From a virus (lineage: Duplodnaviria; Caudoviricetes): a DNA stretch of 34,820 bases. Where the stretch lies: IMG/VR virus record IMGVR_UViG_3300044795_000002, positions 1 through 34,820 of that record; one strand, 5' to 3'. Positions 1 to 6,195 of the stretch are shown here, piece by piece (position 1 is the first letter of the stretch; every line of letters starts with the position of its first letter). The position numbers were made by a program, and so were the translations under genes. The notes beneath the pieces were generated by a model that saw only the letters and a list, made by a program, of their open reading frames with translations, made no database searches and was not told where the DNA came from.

Positions 1-336
1 GTCGGCTTCGGTAGGATCGCTACCATTGCCGTTGAGTGCGAGTTCGATGCGAGACTTGACGAGGATGAACACGTGACCATCCCTTGCGAGGATGTCAACC
101 TGATCGTCCACCTTGAGCTTCTCAGCCGCATTGCGGAAGCCCTGGTACATGGTCGTCGCAGACTTCTTACCGAAGTCCATCGGCCACTCCTCGGCAGGAT
201 CGATTCCAGGCTCATCACTCTCAGTCATGAGCAGGTTGAGCTTCTGCTCGTACAAGCCTTTGGTGCGCTTGTTCTCGTAAAGCTCCTGAATCTTGCTCAT
301 GTCAAGACCCTTGAACTGAGTGGAAGGAGTCTCCAT
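1..336 (-). CDS. Hypothetical protein, 3' end runs off the window (METPSTQFKGLDMSKIQELYENKRTKGLYEQK...); absent from the ORF track
   Basis: Translated by hand: ATG at 336-334 preceded by GAGGTGA SD on the minus strand; open for 112 codons to the window edge; codon usage like other phage genes. Confidence 0.8.
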   Translation of the reverse strand, partial: METPSTQFKGLDMSKIQELYENKRTKGLYEQKLNLLMTESDEPGIDPAEEWPMDFGKKSATTMYQGFRNAAEKLKVDDQVDILARDGHVFILVKSRIELALNGNGSDPTEAD

Positions 337-412
337 TGAGAATCACCTCACTTTCCTTTAGATTTTTCGTGCTCCCGTTTTACTGGGCAACCTTACGTGT
401 TTCGCTTACCCT

Positions 413-459
413 GTAAGGTTAGCACACTTGCACGTTAGATGCAAGTCGGCTAACCTTAC
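413..459. repeat. Nested inverted repeat GTAAGGTTAGC..ACTTGCA-N7-TGCAAGT..GCTAACCTTAC
   Basis: 11-bp outer arms (413-423/449-459) and 7-bp inner arms (426-432/440-446) read directly. Confidence 0.9.
416..444 (-). promoter_or_regulatory. Sigma70/SigA-like promoter TTGCAT-N17-TAACCT (extended -10 TGn) for the 1..336 gene
   Basis: Minus strand reads TTGCAT ctaacgtgcaagtgtgc TAACCT, inside an inverted repeat at 413-459. Confidence 0.55.
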
Positions 460-475
460 GGTTAGCTAAGACTGG

Positions 476-703
476 TTATGGTGCTGGAACGTAGCCGAGG
501 ACTTTTTCGATCGTTCGCAAACGATCCGACACTTTCCAGATTTCCAACTTGGCAGACTTGCGATTGCCACGCGGAACATCTGGCATGATCGTTTGAAGCT
601 CGTTGTGGTACCAGTAAAGCTCACGGTACTTTGCGAGCAACAGTTCCTCGCCATCCTCACCGAGTCGGATCTTTCTCAGTTCCTTCTCTTGATCGGCATC
701 CAT
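476..703 (-). CDS. Hypothetical protein (MDADQEKELRKIRLG..., 75 aa)
   Basis: ORF 476..733 in the track; the second ATG (703) has a GGGAG SD, and the first ATG lies only 3 nt from the -10 box. Confidence 0.7.
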   Translation of the reverse strand: MDADQEKELRKIRLGEDGEELLLAKYRELYWYHNELQTIMPDVPRGNRKSAKLEIWKVSDRLRTIEKVLGYVPAP

Positions 704-736
704 GATGGCTCCCGTTTGTGTTGTTCTTGCCATTTG

Positions 737-765
737 AGTCTATCACATCATTTGAGCGAAGTCAA
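737..765 (-). promoter_or_regulatory. Sigma70/SigA-like promoter TTGACT-N17-TAGACT with extended -10
   Basis: Minus strand TTGACT tcgctcaaatgatgtga TAGACT, upstream of the 476..703 gene. Confidence 0.7.
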
Positions 766-810
766 GTTGAGTGCAAAAGACTCACATTTTCTTAGCGATT
801 GCCGCGCACA

Positions 811-824
811 CGAACGTATGTTCG
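811..824. promoter_or_regulatory. LexA (SOS/Cheo) box CGAACGTATGTTCG
   Basis: Exact match to the Gram-positive/actinobacterial consensus CGAAC-N4-GTTCG, in intergenic DNA. Confidence 0.75.
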
Positions 825-859
825 ATTGGGCGACTTGTAAGTGACCACTCACACTAACT

Positions 860-914
860 ACACACTTTGTTAGTTTAGAGTGTTTTGAAAACACTCTAAA
901 CTAACTTTGTGTGT
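860..914. repeat. Long palindrome: perfect 18-bp arms GTTAGTTTAGAGTGTTTT-G-AAAACACTCTAAACTAAC (869-905), extended by ACACAC/GTGTGT
   Basis: Arms 869-886 and 888-905 are exact reverse complements; 860-865 pairs with 909-914 across a TTT/TTT mismatch. Confidence 0.95.
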
Positions 915-938
915 TGATAGGGGGTGGTGGTGATTTTC

Positions 939-952
939 GGAACGTATGTTCG
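939..952. promoter_or_regulatory. Second LexA (SOS) box GGAACGTATGTTCG
   Basis: GAAC-N4-GTTC core; shares the 13-mer GAACGTATGTTCG with the box at 811-824. Confidence 0.65.
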
Positions 953-994
953 TGCGAAAGCTTGGATTTGTGACTAGCACCAAGCTTAGCCAAA

Positions 995-1013
995 CCTAGC
1001 GTTTGACGCTAGG
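995..1013 (-). terminator. Hairpin CCTAGCGT-N3-ACGCTAGG, possible terminator of the 1009..1281 gene
   Basis: 8-bp perfect stem overlapping the TAG stop, followed by TTT on the minus strand. Confidence 0.5.
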
Positions 1014-1281
1014 CTTGATAAGCCTGCACTTCGTCGGGATTCCACGGAACGTAGTGTCTTGATCCGTTCGCTTGAATCACGGTGCGACCTTTTCTTGATC
1101 GCTTTGGTGTTCCTTGCCTTCCAATGAACACGCCGCGTGTTTCAGGAGTGAGCTTTCCAAAGCTCCATTCACCATTGGCGAAGAACTTGATATCGCCAGG
1201 TTGCTTGAACAGTGCTTTGCTTCCACTCTGTCCTGTGGAGGCTTGTTCATGGAGGACGCGGATTTGCTCGATTGTGAGCAT
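1009..1281 (-). CDS. Hypothetical protein (MLTIEQIRVLHEQ..., 90 aa)
   Basis: ORF 1009..1344 in the track; AGGAGG SD precedes the ATG at 1281. Confidence 0.75.
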   Translation of the reverse strand: MLTIEQIRVLHEQASTGQSGSKALFKQPGDIKFFANGEWSFGKLTPETRGVFIGRQGTPKRSRKGRTVIQANGSRHYVPWNPDEVQAYQA

Positions 1282-1382
1282 TGCTTTCCTCCTAAGTTGT
1301 ACTTGCTTTTGACTTGCACTTACAGTGTAGTCGAGGACGCACAATCTTGCATGAAGATTAGCTAAGAAAGCTAGGCTGACTA

Positions 1383-1766
1383 CTAATCGTAGTCAGCCTG
1401 GCTCGATGCGATATTCCAAGTCATCGCCCGCTGGCGCTGCTCAGCGACCACCCTAACTTTAGACGTAGTGGTACCTTTGCGTCGGAAGCTAGATGCTGGC
1501 ACTACGCTAGTGCCGTTAGCGTCCGTCACCCTAATGTTGGGCGATGTACCCTCGCACTTTTGCGCGTTAGTGTAGCGCATACGCGGAGGCATATTTGGGT
1601 ATGCTCGCTCGCACTCATTCTGGGGGATTAGACCGATGCCGCGCATGTAGCTGCGATCGTTAGTAGCATGGACGATATTCGCCCGACTATCCTCGATTGC
1701 TTCGCGCGCCATGAATCGCTCATGATCCGCCAGGAGTATCGCGCGCATACGATCATCGTATGTCAT
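1383..1766 (-). CDS. Hypothetical protein (MTYDDRMRAILLADHE..., 127 aa)
   Basis: ORF 1383..1826 in the track; GGAGG SD precedes the ATG at 1766. Confidence 0.7.
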   Translation of the reverse strand: MTYDDRMRAILLADHERFMAREAIEDSRANIVHATNDRSYMRGIGLIPQNECERAYPNMPPRMRYTNAQKCEGTSPNIRVTDANGTSVVPASSFRRKGTTTSKVRVVAEQRQRAMTWNIASSQADYD

Positions 1767-2081
1767 CGCTGTCCTCCATCTCGATTGTCCGTTCTCGACT
1801 ACAACTACAGTGTCGCCCACCAACATTAGAAGCAGCCTAAAACATTGTTTGGATATAGTAAGGATTGTTGTTGCGAACGCAACTATTCCGGCCGAACTGT
1901 CCCCGAGTTTGTACCGAATAAAAATGGCCCTCGAATCAAGTCAAATATAGTCTACAAATCTCTAGGCCAATCCAGTCATTTGACCGAGCCGGCGGATTGC
2001 ACTGAGTAACAATGTATACTTCACGGCAGCAGAACCAGTCAGCCTGCCCCACAATAACTACAAGTAAGGAGGCTGAATCAA

Positions 2082-2555
2082 ATGAGTGAAGCCGTACCAG
2101 AGGAAGGCGAGCCTACTGCTCCAGATCCCGATGCTCCTGATGAGGATACTGAGGACGAGGACGAGGCTGGCGACGAGGAAGCCGCAGAGTCCGAGGACGA
2201 GGCAGAGAAACTACAGTTCGGACTCAGTGATGAAGCTTTGCAAGCCGAGCTTCATTCGTATGCCGCTGCGCTGAGGCAAGAGTTCGAACTGACAAACAAC
2301 TCAAAGTCCTCAGCGCCAGAGGATCACGCAAACGTCGAACGGTACACACGTGACTTCTTCAAGAAGAACCTCGCACACGCAGCAGCACAAGTCGTATGGC
2401 TCTCGTCTAACTCGGATAGTGACTCCATCCGACTACGTGCTTCTATGTTTATCATCAAGGAAGCACTTGCTGCCAGTGCTGCTGAAGGCGATCCAATCTC
2501 CGAACTACTCTCCCAACTCAAATCACCCACGCAACCTGTCGCCCCCAACGAGTAA
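2082..2555 (+). CDS. Probable terminase small subunit with a very acidic N-terminus
   Basis: First plus-strand gene; AAGGAGG SD; helical SDSDSIRLRASMFII segment; located upstream of the large terminase. Confidence 0.55.
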   Translation: MSEAVPEEGEPTAPDPDAPDEDTEDEDEAGDEEAAESEDEAEKLQFGLSDEALQAELHSYAAALRQEFELTNNSKSSAPEDHANVERYTRDFFKKNLAHAAAQVVWLSSNSDSDSIRLRASMFIIKEALAASAAEGDPISELLSQLKSPTQPVAPNE

Positions 2556-2585
2556 TCCCCTCTCAACTACCAATCCCCTAACAAC

Positions 2586-2723
2586 GTGGCTCACAAACTC
2601 AACCCACACAGATACACGAGGATCGTACACGTACACCGCAAAACCAACAAAAAGCGCGCGGATGAAATCCACGAGAAGATGCCGCCATTGAACCCACGCC
2701 CATCTAGCGGAAGATCATACTGA
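2586..2723 (+). CDS. Small basic ORF (45 aa, VAHKLNPHRYTRIVHVHRKTNKKR...) whose TGA overlaps the putative terminase CTG start
   Basis: Hand translation GTG 2586 to TGA 2723; fills the gap; no clear SD. Confidence 0.45.
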   Translation: MAHKLNPHRYTRIVHVHRKTNKKRADEIHEKMPPLNPRPSSGRSY

Positions 2724-4195
2724 CCGCTCCAGTCTCAGCTACACCAGGTATTTCAGACAAAGCTCTCTACGAGAAGCTGGGCTTCAAACCGCATAGTCCA
2801 GGTCAGTCTGAATACCTGTACTCGCAAGTCAGATTCAACATTCCCTGCTGTGGTCGGCGATATGGTAAATCACAAGTCGCCGGCCACCGCATGACGTATA
2901 AGTCGTTTGTGCCAGATTCAATCAACTGGATCATAGGCACAAGCTACAGGATCGGGGAGAAAGAGTTTCGTGTAGTATGGGAGGACTACACCAAGCTGGG
3001 GATCTTGAAGTATTGCCGCAAGGCATACTCACAACATCAAGGTGACATGTATATTCGCACGCCTTGGAATGCTCTCATCCTAGTGGTTAGTGCGGATAAC
3101 CAAGATTCCCTGCTAGGTGAAGGACTGTCTCATGCTATTCTCTGCGAGTCTGCACGTCACGACAGATCAATATGGGAACAGCATATTGAGCCTGCGTTGT
3201 CTGACCTGCATGGGAGTTGTGACTTTCCATCAACGCCACGCGGATATAACTGGTATCACGGACTGTGGATGCTGGGTGAAGAAAGTAGTATCTTCAACGG
3301 ACGCTTTGATGGCCCCAAACAACTCAGCGCGTATAAGTCGTGGCAGTTTCCAACATGGGAGAATACTGCACGATTCCCAGGAGGATACGAAGATCCAGAA
3401 ATCCAAAGAGTCCGAAACGTCGTAAGCAAGCATTGGTTCGATCAGGAGTACGGTGCTCAGTTCACCAGCATGACTGGTGCGATCTACGAGGAGTTCCGAG
3501 AGGACAAGCATGTCATCCAAGCAAGTCAATACGAGTTCAATCCTGATTGGCCAAACTATCTCGCTTTCGACTATGGGTTCGCAAACCCGTTCGTCTGCCT
3601 CGACATACAGGTTGATCCAACAAACGATCGTGTCTATGTGTGGAGAGAATACTACGAGACTCAACGTTCCACAATGGATCACGGTTGGGCACTCAAGAAC
3701 CGCTCAATCAACAGTGAGAATCCGCCGGGATATCACGTCGATGGTATGTGGGGCGATCCTCGTGGTGCTGATGAAGCTGCCACTCTCGCATCGATTATCG
3801 GTTGGGTGGCTAGCGAAGATGTACGTTGGAAGCTCTCAGTCGAGCAGATCAAACGTATGCTCAAACAGCAACCACCGCTGTTACTAATCACCACAGCCTG
3901 TCCGAATCTCATCAGGCAGATGAACAAGCTTCACGTGAAGGAGCAGGGCCGCAATACAAAGTTCGATCTTCAAGAGCAAACCGGAGATGGAAATATTCAA
4001 CATAAGGTGGATGATCACGCAGCAGACGCCCTACGCTATTTCATTGGTCCATTTTACGTCGCCGGCGCGGATAGTCACCTTACGGATATTTACGGAGCCA
4101 ACTATAAAGGTTCCGAGTCCGAGGACTTCTTCAAACTCAATACCAAAGTGACGATGGATGACGTCTTTACGATTGGTAACCCTTATGGACGCTGA
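2720..4195 (+). CDS. terL: Terminase large subunit (ATPase + RNase H-like nuclease); start probably CTG 2720, not ATG 2891
   Basis: Walker A CGRRYGKS lies in frame just upstream of ATG 2891; Walker B-like AILCES, STPRG motif III, nuclease AFDYGFANP and DDHAADALRY. Confidence 0.93.
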   Translation: MTAPVSATPGISDKALYEKLGFKPHSPGQSEYLYSQVRFNIPCCGRRYGKSQVAGHRMTYKSFVPDSINWIIGTSYRIGEKEFRVVWEDYTKLGILKYCRKAYSQHQGDMYIRTPWNALILVVSADNQDSLLGEGLSHAILCESARHDRSIWEQHIEPALSDLHGSCDFPSTPRGYNWYHGLWMLGEESSIFNGRFDGPKQLSAYKSWQFPTWENTARFPGGYEDPEIQRVRNVVSKHWFDQEYGAQFTSMTGAIYEEFREDKHVIQASQYEFNPDWPNYLAFDYGFANPFVCLDIQVDPTNDRVYVWREYYETQRSTMDHGWALKNRSINSENPPGYHVDGMWGDPRGADEAATLASIIGWVASEDVRWKLSVEQIKRMLKQQPPLLLITTACPNLIRQMNKLHVKEQGRNTKFDLQEQTGDGNIQHKVDDHAADALRYFIGPFYVAGADSHLTDIYGANYKGSESEDFFKLNTKVTMDDVFTIGNPYGR

Positions 4196-4385
4196 GCAAC
4201 TGGCAGAGTTCTTTCACGAGACATACGAGCGTCTTGCTCCTGAGTTCGATTACAGGACACGCAAGAAAACTCGCAAGCCTTGGATTGATCTGCCACTGAA
4301 CGTCCAGAATCTCATGGTCGCTGTTTGTCACGAAGTGTTGGTGGAACTGGATGCCGAGAAGAAATCGAAAACCCAAGCACACTAA
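4185..4385 (+). CDS. Hypothetical phage protein (MDAEQLAEFFHETYERLAPEFDY...)
   Basis: ORF 4158..4385 in the track; ATG 4185 overlaps the terminase end. Confidence 0.65.
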   Translation: MDAEQLAEFFHETYERLAPEFDYRTRKKTRKPWIDLPLNVQNLMVAVCHEVLVELDAEKKSKTQAH

Positions 4386-4449
4386 GCAGAAGTCCCATCA
4401 GCCCAAGCTCCAAAAGAGCAAGAACAAACACCGAGATAAACCACAATAG
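4351..4449 (+). CDS. Tiny very basic ORF MPRRNRKPKHTKQKSHQPKLQKSKNKHRDKPQ (32 aa)
   Basis: Hand translation ATG 4351 to TAG 4449; the TAG overlaps an ATA in the portal frame. Confidence 0.35.
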   Translation: MPRRNRKPKHTKQKSHQPKLQKSKNKHRDKPQ

Positions 4450-4493
4450 CTAACGCATTCACAAACTTCTTCCGGCGCATATTTGCTGCGCCT

Positions 4494-6002
4494 GTGAGTC
4501 AACCTACAGACTCCACTCCTGTGGCGCCTTTGGGTACAAGGGCACCGCGCCACGCAGCTCCGAGTAGTACGTATCAAGCGCGAGGCATCGATGATGACCA
4601 GATTCAGCAGCCTGTGTTGGATCAGGAGTCAGGATCTAGTCAGCCTGTTCAGATCATCGAGATTGTACCGGAGCTAGTCAGTCCGTACACAAGACTTCGC
4701 ACGTATACATACATGATGAATGACGCTGGCGTGGACGTTTCCATGCGTGCTGTCAAGACACCTGTGTTGGGCGCAGATTTCTATATCGATCCTTACGACA
4801 ATCTGCCGGTAAATGCTGAAATCGCGGCATTTATCGAGGATAATCTAGTTGGTGGAATGACTGCGCCGTTCTCTGACTCACTTGAAGATATCCTACATTT
4901 CTTCGAAGATGGCTATGCTGTCTTGGAAAAAGTGTATGAGATGCGTCCGTGGACTCCACCAGGCGAAAATCGCAATACCAAGAACTATACCATGTTGAAA
5001 AAGTTGGGAGTGCGTCCTCCGTCTACCGTACAGTCTCTACAGTACGATGACAACGGAGATATCGTCAGTGTCGTGCAACAGGCGATTCGGGCGAACAAAT
5101 CGTCTGAAAGTGTGACTATTCCAGAGGCTAAGATGCTGGTATTCACGTTCGGACGCAAAGGTGGCGATCTTACGGGACGATCGCTATTGAGGACGGCTTA
5201 CCCACATTGGTATTACAAGACGCACTTCTACAAGATCGACGCAATCCAGAAGGAGCGTCACAGTCTGGGCATCCCCAAGGGCGTCTTGAAACCCGGCTAT
5301 ACGCCACAGGATAAACAAGTCCTTCGGAACTTGCTCCAAAACTTGCGTACTAACGAGGAAGCGTTCATGCTTCTCGTTCCTAACGTAGACGTGGAGTTTG
5401 CCCAGATTCACGGTAATCTAGTGGATGCGCTGGATTCAGCTACGCATCACAACACAATGATTATGCTGAACGTGATGGCTGAGTTTCTCGCTATCGGGTT
5501 CAAGGGGGCGTCGGGTAGTCGAGCCGTGGGTGCTGTCCAATCGGACACATACATGAAGTCTCTCAGATATGTTGCCAACTATATTTGTGAGGTTGTCAAC
5601 ATGTATCTGATTCCAGAACTCGTAGTCTGGAACTACCCGACGAAAGATTTTCCACAGTTGAAGTGTAGGAACATCGGTGAAGTCAAAGATCTTCAAGCTC
5701 TTGGTTCCGCGCTGGCTGCGCTCGTTGCACAAGACGCAATCACTATGGATGATCCAACAGAAGATTGGATCAGGGAAACGTTTGATATGCCCAAGAAGCA
5801 GCATCCTGCTCCTGGTGAGCGCGTTCCTACCAAAGAAACAATCACTGAGATGATACAGCCTAACGGGAGCAATGGGGGGACAAACGGACAACCGACACAA
5901 CCGACGCAAGCAACAAGAGTGGCAAGAGGTAATGTACTTGGTGGCGCAGGTAAAGGACGCGGATCTGGTAATGTCGGAAAAGCTCCGTCCGGGCCGGAAT
6001 AA
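4494..6002 (+). CDS. Portal protein (Mu gp29/DUF935-like); may start at ATA 4446
   Basis: About 500 aa after the terminase; GYAVLEKVY, GRSLLRTAYPHWYYK, ERHSLGIP, GSRAVGAVQ, LIPELVVWNY match the DUF935-type portal pattern. Confidence 0.9.
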   Translation: MSQPTDSTPVAPLGTRAPRHAAPSSTYQARGIDDDQIQQPVLDQESGSSQPVQIIEIVPELVSPYTRLRTYTYMMNDAGVDVSMRAVKTPVLGADFYIDPYDNLPVNAEIAAFIEDNLVGGMTAPFSDSLEDILHFFEDGYAVLEKVYEMRPWTPPGENRNTKNYTMLKKLGVRPPSTVQSLQYDDNGDIVSVVQQAIRANKSSESVTIPEAKMLVFTFGRKGGDLTGRSLLRTAYPHWYYKTHFYKIDAIQKERHSLGIPKGVLKPGYTPQDKQVLRNLLQNLRTNEEAFMLLVPNVDVEFAQIHGNLVDALDSATHHNTMIMLNVMAEFLAIGFKGASGSRAVGAVQSDTYMKSLRYVANYICEVVNMYLIPELVVWNYPTKDFPQLKCRNIGEVKDLQALGSALAALVAQDAITMDDPTEDWIRETFDMPKKQHPAPGERVPTKETITEMIQPNGSNGGTNGQPTQPTQATRVARGNVLGGAGKGRGSGNVGKAPSGPE

Positions 6003-6195
6003 GAAGTTTGCTGTTGGTATCTACTTCGTAAGATGGGGACGCCTGTATCGTATCAACGATATTGACATAAGTAAGGCGTTCTATCTAGTGGAAAACTGCT
6101 CCACAGGATTCCAAGATTGGATACCAGCAGAGAATCTACAGCTTCAAAGAGAGGAGGTGAAAATCATAGGCCATGTTGGAAACAGCACTAGCTAA
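5971..6195 (+). CDS. Small hypothetical protein (MSEKLRPGRNKKFAVG..., 74 aa; possibly SH3-like beta barrel)
   Basis: Part of ORF 5872..6195; fills the portal-protease gap and overlaps both genes. Confidence 0.5.
   Translation: MSEKLRPGRNKKFAVGIYFVRWGRLYRINDIDISKAFYLVENCSTGFQDWIPAENLQLQREEVKIIGHVGNSTS

Noticed and set aside
73-339. Plus-strand 88-aa ORF
   Set aside because: Antisense shadow of the minus-strand gene 1..336, which has a clear SD and promoter.
2891-2893. ATG 2891 as terminase start
   Set aside because: It would omit the in-frame Walker A motif upstream.
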